64,000 nt of DNA from the NCBI GenBank assembly GCA_003022865.1, contig PXSK01000036.1:63122-127121 (forward strand), given 5' to 3'. The notes below the pieces were generated by a model, which saw nothing but the letters and a program-made list of their open reading frames with translations, was not told where the DNA came from and ran no database searches. Position 1 is the stretch's first letter; every line of letters begins with the position of its first letter. Made by a program: the position numbers and the translations under genes. This DNA comes from Halobacteriales archaeon SW_5_70_135 (GTDB lineage: Archaea; Halobacteriota; Halobacteria; Halobacteriales; SW-7-71-33). Shown piece after piece: positions 8,898-17,547 of the stretch.

Positions 8898-9766
8898 GCC
8901 GTCACCCCCTGGGCGTCGGCGCCGGCGACGCTCGTCTCCAGCCAGTCGACGACCGCGGCCGGCACGTCCACCTCGACCGTCTCGTCCAGCGCCGCGAACT
9001 CGACGGTGTGGTTCACCTCGTGACAGACGTACGAGTCGCCGGTCTCCATCAGGTCGACGCCGAGCAGACCGCCGCCGACCGCCTCGCTGGCGTCGGCGAC
9101 GACCGCCTCGGCCGCCGCGTCGAGTTCGAACGGCGTCGTGTCGGCGCCCTGTGCCGCGTTCGTCAGCCAGTCGTCGGCCGACCTGGCCATCGCCGCGACG
9201 GGCGTACCGTCGGCGGCGAGCACGCGCAGGTCGCGGCCCGGCTTGTCGACGAACTCCTGCACGTAGAACACGCTGTGCTCGTAGTGGCCGAGCGTCTCCT
9301 TGTGTTCGAGAACCGCCTCGGCGGCCGTCCGGGAGTCGACCTTCGCCATCAGCCGGCCCCACGAGCCGACGACGGGCTTGAGCACACACGGGTAGCCGAA
9401 CGACTCGACCGCCGCCAGCGCCGCGTCGGGCGTGAACGCCACCTCGGTGTCGGGCGTGGGCACGCCCGCGGCCGACAGCGCGAGACTCGTCTCGACCTTG
9501 TCGGCACAGGTCGCGGCCGTCGCCGCGTCGTTCACCACCGGGACGCCGCAGCGCTCGCAGAACCGGGTGAGATACCGGCTCCGTGAGGCCGCGAGACACC
9601 GGTCGAGCACCACGTCACAGTCCGCCAGTGCCGCCGGGAGCGACGACAGGCCGAACTGCTGGTCGCGGACGTCGACACGGGTCACCTCGTGGTCGCGGGC
9701 CGACAGCGCCCGCATCAGCGCCTTCTCGTCCGTCCGGACGCGGGAGAGTGCGAGGCCGACGTGCAT
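8894..9766 (-). CDS. lysX: RimK-family ATP-grasp ligase, [LysW]-glutamate/aminoadipate ligase (LysX/ArgX)
   Basis: 290-aa ATP-grasp protein (CVLKPVVGSWGR, VQEF, LGVDLME...VCHEVNH), immediately downstream of lysW. Confidence 0.88.
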   Translation of the reverse strand: MHVGLALSRVRTDEKALMRALSARDHEVTRVDVRDQQFGLSSLPAALADCDVVLDRCLAASRSRYLTRFCERCGVPVVNDAATAATCADKVETSLALSAAGVPTPDTEVAFTPDAALAAVESFGYPCVLKPVVGSWGRLMAKVDSRTAAEAVLEHKETLGHYEHSVFYVQEFVDKPGRDLRVLAADGTPVAAMARSADDWLTNAAQGADTTPFELDAAAEAVVADASEAVGGGLLGVDLMETGDSYVCHEVNHTVEFAALDETVEVDVPAAVVDWLETSVAGADAQGVTA

Positions 9767-9767
9767 C

Positions 9768-9932
9768 TCACTCCCCCCAGTCCTCCGCGAGCTCCGGCGC
9801 TCGCTGGAGGACCGGCGGGGAGACCTCCACGGTCTCCAGTTCCGTGCCGCAGACGGTGCAGTCGACGATCTCTCCCACCAGGGGGTCGTCGGGAACCGTT
9901 ACCTCGGCGTCGCACTCGGTGCAGTGCGCCAT
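9768..9932 (-). CDS. lysW: Amino-group carrier protein LysW/ArgW (54 aa, zinc ribbon, C-terminal EDWGE)
   Basis: Not in the ORF track (under 60 aa). Reverse translation from ATG 9932 gives MAHCTECDAEVTVPDDPLVGEIVDCTVCGTELETVEVSPPVLQRAPELAEDWGE, then a TGA stop at 9770-9768. It has two CxxC pairs and the hallmark C-terminal EDWGE tail. It ends 1 nt before the lysX ATG. Confidence 0.9.
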   Translation of the reverse strand: MAHCTECDAEVTVPDDPLVGEIVDCTVCGTELETVEVSPPVLQRAPELAEDWGE

Positions 9933-9969
9933 CGTACGCTTCATTGGCCCACGGACACACTTAACTGCA

Positions 9970-9995
9970 ACGAAATTATAATCTGAGTTATCTTT
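9970..9995 (-). promoter_or_regulatory. Putative promoter of the lysW-argF operon (AT-rich TATA region)
   Basis: This is the only AT-rich patch in the 250-bp lysW-argH spacer. Minus-strand AGATTATAATTT lies about 45-50 nt upstream of the lysW ATG. Confidence 0.4.
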
Positions 9996-10181
9996 ACGTG
10001 GACGCCTCTGAGCGCGTTCTGAGCCCGTCTGAGGGCAGTTTGGCGTTCGGTCGTGTTCGTCGGAGTATGTCTGTGTGGCGGGGCTGGGACCGCCCCGGTC
10101 GCGGCGGGACGGGTCGGCCCCGCCGGTGAGCGTCGACGCCCGTGAACGCCGGAACCGGCCGGTCCACGCTGTCGACGGCGG

Positions 10182-11648
10182 TCACGCGTGGTACACCTCC
10201 ACGGCGTCCCGGAGCCGCTCGTCGGCGGCGGCCAGGGTGTCCCGGCGCTCCGCCAGCGCCGTGCGGTCCTCGTCGAGGCCCGTCGTCGCCCGGTCGAGCG
10301 CGTCGGCGACCGCGGACGGCGCCGGTCCGCCGGGAGAGTCGCGGGTCGCGACGCTCTCGACCGGGTCAAGCGCCACCTCGAGGGCGGCGGCGTCGACGTA
10401 CGCCGACAGCGACTCGCCGAGCACGGCCTCCGCGGCGGCCGCGAGCGTCTCGCGGTCGGGCGTGCCGTCGGCCGTCTCGGCGGCGCGAGCCACTACCTCG
10501 TGGGCGGTCCGGAACGGAACCCCGGCGGCCGCGAGCAGGTCGGCGACGCCGGTCGCCGTCGAGAAGCCGTCACCGGCGGCCGCGGCGAGCGCGTCGGCCG
10601 GCCAGTCGGCGGTCGCGACCGCGCCCGCGGTCACCTCCGTCGCCGCCGTCACCGCGTCGACGGCGTCCCACGAGTGACCCGTCGCGCGCTGTAAGTCACG
10701 GTTGTACGCCCGCGGCAACCCCTTCAGCGTCGTCAGCAGCGCGTTCAGGTCGCCGGCGGCGTCGCCCGCGACGGCGCGGACGAGTTCGAGCGTGTCGGGA
10801 TTCACCTTCTGGGGCATTATCGACGACGTGGAGGCGTAGGCGTCGTCCACCTCGACGAACCCTCGGGAGGCGAACACGACGAGGTCTTCCGCCACGCCGG
10901 ACAGCGTCACCGCGTGGGTCGACAGTGCCGCGGTCGCCTCCAGCAGGAAGTCCCGTGCGGTGACGGCGTCGGCGGCGTTCGACAGCACGCGGTCGAACCC
11001 GAGCAGCGTCGCCACGCGCTCGCGGTCCACGTCGAACGTGGTGCCGGCGAACGCCGCCGCGCCCAGCGGCGAGGCGTTCGTCCGGTCGACGGCCGCGAGC
11101 AGTCGGTCGGTGTCCCGGGCGACGGCCCGCTCGTACGACAGCGCCCAGTGGCCGACCGTCGTCGGCTGTGCGGGCTGGAGGTGTGTGAACCCCGGCATCA
11201 CCGTCTCGACCTCGGCCTCGGCGACCGACGACAGCGTCGCCCGCAGGTCGAGCGTCGCCTCGACGGCCGCCAGCAGGTCCGTCCGCAGCCGGAGCCGGAT
11301 GCAGGCGGCGACCTCGTCGTTGCGCGAGCGGGCCGTGTGCATCCGTCCGCCGTCGGGACCAACCCGCTCGACGACGGCCGTCTCGATCGCCTCGTGGACG
11401 TCCTCGCCCGCCGGCAGTGCGGCGTGACCGGCCGCCTCGACGTCGTCGAGGGCGGCCAGGATCGCTCCGGCGGTGTCCGCGTCGACGATCCCCTGTTCGG
11501 CCAGCATCACCACGTGGGCACGGTCGACCGCCAGGTCGGCCGCGAAGGTCCGCTCGTCGGCCGCGAGCGAGGACACGAACTCGTCGGCGGGGCCGCCGCT
11601 GAAGCGGCCTCGGCGGACGACGCTCCGGTCGTTCGCGTCCCCGGTCAT
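10182..11648 (-). CDS. argH: Argininosuccinate lyase
   Basis: 488-aa fumarate-lyase superfamily ORF with the GSSIMPQKVNP signature (TSSIMPQKVNPD). Its ATG lies 1 nt after the argG stop. Confidence 0.92.
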   Translation of the reverse strand: MTGDANDRSVVRRGRFSGGPADEFVSSLAADERTFAADLAVDRAHVVMLAEQGIVDADTAGAILAALDDVEAAGHAALPAGEDVHEAIETAVVERVGPDGGRMHTARSRNDEVAACIRLRLRTDLLAAVEATLDLRATLSSVAEAEVETVMPGFTHLQPAQPTTVGHWALSYERAVARDTDRLLAAVDRTNASPLGAAAFAGTTFDVDRERVATLLGFDRVLSNAADAVTARDFLLEATAALSTHAVTLSGVAEDLVVFASRGFVEVDDAYASTSSIMPQKVNPDTLELVRAVAGDAAGDLNALLTTLKGLPRAYNRDLQRATGHSWDAVDAVTAATEVTAGAVATADWPADALAAAAGDGFSTATGVADLLAAAGVPFRTAHEVVARAAETADGTPDRETLAAAAEAVLGESLSAYVDAAALEVALDPVESVATRDSPGGPAPSAVADALDRATTGLDEDRTALAERRDTLAAADERLRDAVEVYHA

Positions 11649-11649
11649 C

Positions 11650-12963
11650 TCACTGTTCGCCGCCGTCGGTCACGACCGTGGTGTCGTCCGGGTCGCCGGT
11701 CTCCTCGTCCGCCGCGTCGGTGGCGGCGGTCGCGAGCCGAGACTGGAACCCGTGGTACTTCGCGACGCCGGTCGCGTCGGCCTGGGCGATGTCGCCGGTG
11801 ACCGACTCCGTGTCGAACGACGCGGCGTCGGCGGCGTAGGTCGCGTACGGCGACTCGCGGCCGACGACGCGGGCCTTGCCGCCCTCGAACCGCACCGTGA
11901 CGGTGCCTGTCACGCGGGACTGCGTGACCTCGATGAACCCTTCGAGAGCGTCCATCAGCGGGGCGTCGAGCAGTCCCTCGTAGGCGGTCTCGGCCCACTC
12001 CTGGTCGACGTGGCGCTTGAACGAGCGCTCGTCGGCGGTGAGCACCAACCCCTCCAGCGCCTCGTGGGCGGTCAACAGCGTCGTCGCGGCGGGGTGTTCG
12101 TAGTTCTCGCGGACCTTCAGCCCGAGCATCCGGTCCTCCATCGTGTCCGTGCGGCCGACGCCGTGAGCGCCGGCGACCTCGTTCAGCGTCTCGACCAGGG
12201 CGACCGGGTCGAGCGCCTCGCCGTCGAGGGCGACGGGGTAGCCGTCCTCGAAGCCGACGGTCACCGTCTCCGTCTCCGTCTCCGTCCCCGTCTCTGTCTC
12301 CCCGTCCGGCGGGGCCGTCCACTCGTAGATCTCCTCACCGGGGACGTACGAGGGGTCCTCGAGGGCGTCGCCCTCGACCGAGCGCGACCACAGGTTCGTG
12401 TCGATCGACCACGCCCCTTCGTTGCCGCCCTCGACGGGGAGGTCGTGGTCGGCGGCGTAGGCCGTCTCCCACTCCCGGGTGAGACCGAGCTCGCGCACCG
12501 GCGCGACCACCTCGAAGTCACCGTCACGCCAGACGGCCTCGAAGCGCAGCTGGTCGTTGCCCTTCCCGGTGCAACCGTGGGCCAGCGCGACACAGTCCTC
12601 GGCGGCAGCGACGTCGCGGACCGCCTCGGCGACGACCGGCCGCGCGAGGGCGGTCCCCAGCGGATACTCCTGGTAGGTGGCGTTCGCGCGGACGGCGTCG
12701 AGACAGTGGTCGGCGAACGCCGACCGAGCGTCGACGACGCGGTGCTCCGTCCCGAGCGCGGCGGCCGTCTCGGCCGCCTCGGCGAGCTCCGCGTCGGGCT
12801 GGCCGACGTCGACGGTGACGCCGATCACCTCGTCGTAGTCATACTCCTGTTCCAGTAGCGGCACGCAGACCGTGGTGTCGAGTCCGCCGCTGAACGCGAG
12901 CGCGACGGACTCCGCGTCGGTGTCAGTGTCAGTGTCAGTGTCGGTGTCAGTAGGTGGTGTCAT
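11650..12963 (-). CDS. argG: Argininosuccinate synthase
   Basis: ALAFSGGLDTTV P-loop-like motif and HGCTGKGNDQLRFE. ATG at 12963 is preferred over the track GTG at 12981. Carries an N-terminal (TD)6 run and an internal ETETGTETETET run encoded by hexanucleotide repeats. Confidence 0.9.
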   Translation of the reverse strand: MTPPTDTDTDTDTDTDAESVALAFSGGLDTTVCVPLLEQEYDYDEVIGVTVDVGQPDAELAEAAETAAALGTEHRVVDARSAFADHCLDAVRANATYQEYPLGTALARPVVAEAVRDVAAAEDCVALAHGCTGKGNDQLRFEAVWRDGDFEVVAPVRELGLTREWETAYAADHDLPVEGGNEGAWSIDTNLWSRSVEGDALEDPSYVPGEEIYEWTAPPDGETETGTETETETVTVGFEDGYPVALDGEALDPVALVETLNEVAGAHGVGRTDTMEDRMLGLKVRENYEHPAATTLLTAHEALEGLVLTADERSFKRHVDQEWAETAYEGLLDAPLMDALEGFIEVTQSRVTGTVTVRFEGGKARVVGRESPYATYAADAASFDTESVTGDIAQADATGVAKYHGFQSRLATAATDAADEETGDPDDTTVVTDGGEQ

Positions 12964-13254
12964 TCGTTCGGTGTGAGACACCGCCGAACCGGGCGGTGGT
13001 CGGTGAGAACGGGGCGACCGGACGAGAGGAGGGGAGTGGTAGCGGGGCTCAGTCGCCCCGTCGAAACACGACGGCGGACCCGCGGCCGACGCCCGGCGAG
13101 CGGACGGAACGGGTCCCGCGTGTCATTGACCGGTCGTACGGCAAGCCCACACTAAACGGTTCCGCTCCGGGCAATCGCCGTGGTTCGCTCCGGGACTCCG
13201 ACGTCTGCCGAGGGCGACCGGCGCGTGCGAAGGGAGACGAGAGCGGAGACAGGA

Positions 13255-13767
13255 TCAGTCCTCGGAGAGGGAGACATCTAGCCGTTCCTCGACGGCCTCG
13301 ATGAGCGAACCGCCGACGCCGGCCTGGGTGGCGCGACCCTGTTCGACGGCGAGGATGTCCGACTCGCGAGCACCGAGTTCGGCGGCGAGTTCCTCGCGCT
13401 GGAGGCCGGCCTCCTGGCGGGCCGTCTCCAGGGTCTCGCCGTAACCGGAGACGAGATAGGGGAGCGGGTCGTCGTCGTAGTCGGCGCCCTCTTCCTCCCA
13501 GTGCTCGGAGTCGCCGTCGAAGACGGGGCCGGCGCTGGCGGCGTTCTGTGCGGCCCGGCGATCGCGGTCGGGCTCGTCCTCGTCGCGTGAGCCTCGCTGC
13601 TTCTCCTCCTTGTGTGCCGTGTCGTCGTAGGGGGCGCAGTCCGGACACACCGAGAGGGTGGCGCCGGCGACGTTCGCCTCGGCCAGGTCGTCACTGGTCG
13701 AGCCACAGAGCTCGCAGGAGCCGCCGCTGCCGCCTCCCGACGAGCCGCCCGTCGAATACTTGACCAT
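13255..13767 (-). CDS. mbf1: Multiprotein-bridging factor 1 family transcriptional regulator (N-terminal zinc ribbon plus C-terminal HTH/XRE)
   Basis: CELCG...CPDC zinc ribbon, an acidic linker, and a C-terminal HTH (ARQEAGLQREELAAELGARESDILAVEQG). This is the archaeal MBF1 architecture. Confidence 0.85.
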   Translation of the reverse strand: MVKYSTGGSSGGGSGGSCELCGSTSDDLAEANVAGATLSVCPDCAPYDDTAHKEEKQRGSRDEDEPDRDRRAAQNAASAGPVFDGDSEHWEEEGADYDDDPLPYLVSGYGETLETARQEAGLQREELAAELGARESDILAVEQGRATQAGVGGSLIEAVEERLDVSLSED

Positions 13768-13786
13768 ACGCGGTCTATGGCGGTCG

Positions 13787-13800
13787 ATTTATTTGAATAT
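13787..13800 (-). promoter_or_regulatory. TATA box for mbf1 (leaderless)
   Basis: Minus-strand ATATTCAAATAAAT lies 20-33 nt upstream of ATG 13767. Confidence 0.5.
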
Positions 13801-13922
13801 CCCGCTTGCCGTGACGCCGCCCGCGCCCCGGACGTCCCGCAGCCGCCTGGCTGTCCGCCCCGGCCAGTCCGGTGGTGACGAACGGACATCCTTATGTGGA
13901 GCCGATCCCTACCGCCGCAGCG

Positions 13923-14007
<85 letters not shown>

Positions 14008-14126
14008 ATCCTGCGGCGAGTGACGCGCGAGCCGCAGGTGCGTGCCGAGGATTCGAATCAACGAGCGGGAGGTGAGTGACCGCAGGGAGCGAACGGGAGC
14101 GAGTGAAGTTCGAATCCGGTCCCACG
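14008..14126 (+). repeat. tRNA-Leu(GAG) tail: 8-bp hairpin, degenerate T-loop copy, homologue of the 45-nt tRNA-Leu(CAA) insertion, and a perfect 20-nt duplicate of the tRNA 3' end
   Basis: GTTCGAATCCGGTCCCACGC occurs at 13987-14006 and again at 14107-14126. Blocks 14062-14078 (GAGCGGGAGGTGAGTGA) and 14086-14101 (GAGCGAACGGGAGCGA) are identical to 49179-49195 and 49209-49224. GGATTCGAATC is at 14048-14058. The hairpin is CCTGCGGC(14009-16)/GCCGCAGG(14030-37). Confidence 0.8.
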
Positions 14127-14278
14127 CGTTCGGCTCTCGGTTCACATGCGGCCAGAGACGAATGGTCGGTGTAGAACGTGTACAGTGCGAGCGGACGATG
14201 GCGAGCTCGAGCGTCTATCGAGCGGAGGGACCGGGTCGTGAGGGTCCTCAAGCACGTCTAGCACGTTGCCCTTTGGAG

Positions 14279-14285
14279 AAAAAAA
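14279..14285 (-). terminator. T7 run (minus strand), candidate archaeal terminator downstream of the islet lipoprotein gene
   Basis: A7 on the plus strand (ggagAAAAAAAtcc), about 105 nt past the stop at 14392. Oligo-T tracts act as archaeal terminators. Confidence 0.3.
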
Positions 14286-14391
14286 TCCAACAGCGCGCGA
14301 GAGCAGTGGACTGGTCAGGTGTTGACCGGAACCCCTCGTGTACTACAGTATGATCGGCTACACCTCCACCTCTTGAGTTCGTACGGTGCCC

Positions 14392-14811
14392 TCACTCTGA
14401 GTGATGACTGTGATCCCCTCGTTTGTAAGCACTATACCGGACCATCGTTCTTCCTGTTAGTTGATACGACCACTCTGTAGTCGTTTTCCAACTGAGCTCC
14501 AGTGTCAGACCGATCTCCTCTCCGGACGATAGATCGAACGAACGATCGATCACAGTTCGGTCGGTTTCCCTTTCGAGTATCCTTACGCTGAGGTCGACCT
14601 CGGCCTCGTTCTTCCATTCTGACTCGATCGTTACTCTTACTACTCGGGTGATGGGGGCGCTCAGTCGTGGACGTGGTCTCCGTTCCTGCCGTGGTCGTAC
14701 CGGACGCGTCGACCGTCGTTGGTTCGCCGTTAGAGGAGTCTTCGGACCGATACCGGCACATCCTGCTGCGAGCACGAGTAGTATTATGCTGAGCAGGCGA
14801 TGTCTTCGCAC
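14392..14811 (-). CDS. Putative secreted lipoprotein in the low-GC islet (possibly frame-disrupted)
   Basis: GTG start; signal peptide with lipobox (M)RRHRLLSIILLVLAAGC. The C-terminal 85 aa look protein-like. Residues about 20-55 are Arg/Pro junk, while an alternative frame over about 14655-14746 reads SEDSSNGEPTTVDASGTTTAGTETTSTTE, a typical post-lipobox linker. Confidence 0.5.
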   Translation of the reverse strand: MRRHRLLSIILLVLAAGCAGIGPKTPLTANQRRSTRPVRPRQERRPRPRLSAPITRVVRVTIESEWKNEAEVDLSVRILERETDRTVIDRSFDLSSGEEIGLTLELSWKTTTEWSYQLTGRTMVRYSAYKRGDHSHHSE

Positions 14812-15077
14812 GGCTGCATGCGATATTCTTGCCGATAAGTACTTTCTTCCGCAAAGACACGCCCGTCCGGCCCCAATCAGTCCGTTTCTGACGAGAGACG
14901 ACAGCGAGGGCGGCCGTCCCGAGATCGGGAACGGGGTCGTGGCGCCGGCGAGTGCAATAGAGCGGTACGGACGGTCGTCCCGGAGACGTATACCTGCGGT
15001 CCGTACGCGGGAACGGAAAGCGACGGACGGCGATCGGTGCGGCTGCTCGGCGAGAACTGATGACCTTCGGTCGAGGC

Positions 15078-15275
15078 TCAGAGCAGGCCGAGGTCCTCGA
15101 CGACCATGTCGGTGAGGCGGTCACGGACGGCGGGGTCGACCCGGGCGACGTCGTCGCCGTCGTGGAGGTTCTCGTTGTGACGCTCGACGGCGTCGGCGAG
15201 CTCCGAGAGCGGCACCTGCGACTCGGAGCCACACTCCGGGCAATGAACCGGAACGGTCGGCTCGTCGTCGGACAT
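15078..15275 (-). CDS. Small acidic protein with a single CPxCG motif (hypothetical, 65 aa)
   Basis: Track ORF MSDDEPTVPVHCPECGSESQVPLSELADAVERHNENLHDGDD... with haloarchaeal acidic composition and high GC codon bias. Confidence 0.55.
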   Translation of the reverse strand: MSDDEPTVPVHCPECGSESQVPLSELADAVERHNENLHDGDDVARVDPAVRDRLTDMVVEDLGLL

Positions 15276-15384
15276 CGTCGTCGACTGCGCGACGCGGCGG
15301 AATGAGTCTTCCGGCTCGGCGGCCGTCAGAGGACGGACCCGTCGGAGAGTCGGCGTCGTCTCGGAGAACTGGCCGGCCGTCGAA

Positions 15385-15397
15385 CTTAAATCAAAAG
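15385..15397 (+). promoter_or_regulatory. TATA box for the sensor kinase gene (leaderless)
   Basis: CTTAAATCAAAAG lies 17-29 nt upstream of GTG 15414. Confidence 0.45.
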
Positions 15398-15413
15398 CTC
15401 TATTTCGGAAGGT

Positions 15414-17387
15414 GTGGTCATCCAGCTCCCGCTCTCACCGTTGAGCGTTCTCTTCCTTCTCTCGACAGGCCTGCTGCTGGCGACGGCCGCGATGACGTTC
15501 GTCGCGGGAGGAACGCCCGAGGTCAGGCGCTGGCTGCTCGCGCTGATGATGGCGGACGCGATGTGGGCGCTGGCGAGCGTGCTACAGCTGGAGGCGGCCT
15601 CGGAGTCGGTCGCCTTCGTTGCGACGACGGTCTGGCTCGTCACGAGCGGCGCCGCCGCGACGCTCTGGTTCCTGTTCGCCGTCGTCTACACCGGTCGGGA
15701 ACCGCTGGTCACTCGCCGCCGGCTGGCCGTGCTCGTGGCCCCGCTGATCGCCCACGCGGTCGCCTTCGCGACGAATCCGCTCCACGGCGCGTCCGTGAGC
15801 GGGTTCACCGCGTCGACACGACCGGTCACGACCGTCGTCGGGTTCTCTTACGGGCCGGTGTACGCGACCGCCACGCTGTACGCGCTGCTGCTCACCGTGG
15901 TCGGCACGGCGCTGGTGGCGGAGACGGCGCTCCGGGACCCCGAGCTGTACGCCGACCAGAGCCTCGCGCTCGTCGTCGGCGCCGTGATGCCGATCGCCGG
16001 GGTGGTGCTGTCCGCTACCGGCATGAGTCTGCCAGGCGTCCAGGACGTCGGGGAGACGAGCTACACGCCGGCGACGCTGTCGGTCACTGCGGTGTGTTAC
16101 GGCTACGCCCTGCTGCGGACCGACCTGCTCGCCGCCGGCCCGCTGGTGGCGAGCGAGGGTCGACAGGTCGCCGTCGAGTCGCTGGAGGAGGGCTTCGTCA
16201 TCGTCGACGGGCTCGGACAGGTCATCGACGCGAACGCGGCGGCCCGGGAACTGCTGTCGACTCCGACGCTGGTCGGCCGGGAGCTCTCCGCCGTCCTCCC
16301 GGAGGAGGCGACGTCGGTCGACACGACGGGCGAGACGACAGTTCGGACGGACGACGGGGCGATCCTGGCGGCGATGGCGTCCGACCTCGACGACGACGGC
16401 AGGCCGAACGTCGGTCGGGCCGTGATGCTGCGCGACGTGACCGAGCGAGAGCGCCGGGAGGAGCGCCTGCAGGTACTGAACCGGGTGCTCCGACACAATC
16501 TCCGGAACGACATCAACGTCGTCCGCGGCTTCGCCGAGCAGATCGCCAGGCAGGAGCTCGGGTCGATGAGCGAGACGGCGGCCGCCCGGCGCATCGTCGA
16601 CCGGGCGGACAGCCTGATCGGCGTCGCCGAGAAGGCCCGGACCGTCGAGCGGCTGCTCGACGCCGGCGCGACCGTCGAACGCGGGCCGGTGGCACTGGCC
16701 GAACTCGTCGAGGAGCGGACCCGCGAGGCGGCCGCGGAGGCCGACCGCGACGTTCGTCTCGTCGTCGACACCCCCGAGACGTGCCGGATACGGTCGAACG
16801 GCGCCGTCGTCGGGATGGTGTGCCGGGAACTGTTTGACAACGCCGTCCGCCACAGCGACCGCGAGCGGCCGACCGTCCGCGTCTCGCTGACCGTCGACGA
16901 GTCGGTGCGACTCCGCGTCGCCGACGACGGGCCGGGCATCCCCGACGAGGACCGCGAGGCGGTGCTCAGCGGCGACGAGACACAGCTGGCACACGGGAGC
17001 CGCCTCGGGCTGTGGACGGTCCGCTGGGGCGTGCGCTACCTCGGCGGCGAGCTCGACATCCGCGACCGCTCGCCGACCGGCACCGTCGTCGACGTGTGTC
17101 TCCCGCGGGACGCCTCGACGTCGTTCGCGGCGTCGGCGGCGCCCGAGAGCGACGCCGACCCCCACACGGAGCGCGGGACGGACCCGACGGCCGTGACCGC
17201 CGAGAGCGTAGACGCGGACGCAGGCCCCGACCGGTCGGTCGCCGGTGAGACGCCCTCGCCGGACGACCGCCCGGCGGCCCCGGAGTCCGGGTCCGTCGAC
17301 GGCTCGTCGCTCCGTTCGACGGAGGGGTCGAGCGGCGCGAGCCCTCCGCCGGTCGAGGAGGTCCGCGACGACGCCGAGACGGGGTAG
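15414..17387 (+). CDS. Sensor histidine kinase with N-terminal multi-pass (7TM-type) membrane domain, PAS-like region, HisKA and HATPase_c
   Basis: About 230 aa of hydrophobic helices, then a phospho-acceptor region (RVLRHNLRNDINVVRGF) and an ATPase domain (N-box ELFDNAVRH, DDGPGIP, GLGLW-like RLGLWTV). The tail is acidic and Ser-rich. Confidence 0.85.
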   Translation: MVIQLPLSPLSVLFLLSTGLLLATAAMTFVAGGTPEVRRWLLALMMADAMWALASVLQLEAASESVAFVATTVWLVTSGAAATLWFLFAVVYTGREPLVTRRRLAVLVAPLIAHAVAFATNPLHGASVSGFTASTRPVTTVVGFSYGPVYATATLYALLLTVVGTALVAETALRDPELYADQSLALVVGAVMPIAGVVLSATGMSLPGVQDVGETSYTPATLSVTAVCYGYALLRTDLLAAGPLVASEGRQVAVESLEEGFVIVDGLGQVIDANAAARELLSTPTLVGRELSAVLPEEATSVDTTGETTVRTDDGAILAAMASDLDDDGRPNVGRAVMLRDVTERERREERLQVLNRVLRHNLRNDINVVRGFAEQIARQELGSMSETAAARRIVDRADSLIGVAEKARTVERLLDAGATVERGPVALAELVEERTREAAAEADRDVRLVVDTPETCRIRSNGAVVGMVCRELFDNAVRHSDRERPTVRVSLTVDESVRLRVADDGPGIPDEDREAVLSGDETQLAHGSRLGLWTVRWGVRYLGGELDIRDRSPTGTVVDVCLPRDASTSFAASAAPESDADPHTERGTDPTAVTAESVDADAGPDRSVAGETPSPDDRPAAPESGSVDGSSLRSTEGSSGASPPPVEEVRDDAETG

Positions 17388-17547
17388 TGGAAGCGGCGTC
17401 GGGCCCGACGGCTGCAGAGCGCACGGGACGGCTCGCCCGTGACCTGGCGCGTCGTCGACCCTCGACGGCGGCGACGAGCGCGACGACGACGGCTACCTCG
17501 GCGAGGCGTTCCGGCGCGAGCGCGACGGCGAGTGAACGCGAGAGCGA

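Noticed and set aside
3805-9599. N-terminal extensions of the arg-operon track ORFs (for example 3805..5502 at 565 aa for argF, and 7824..9599 at 591 aa for argC)
   Set aside because: The extensions are Arg/Pro/Gly junk that overlaps the upstream gene in another frame. Conserved protein N-termini begin at GTG codons that overlap the upstream TGA.
14432-15232. 266-aa minus-strand ORF across the low-GC islet
   Set aside because: Most of the translation is Arg/Ser/Thr junk, and it overlaps the 15078..15275 gene. Only a 30-aa Thr-rich segment looks genuine, and that is better explained as part of the lipoprotein gene in a shifted frame.
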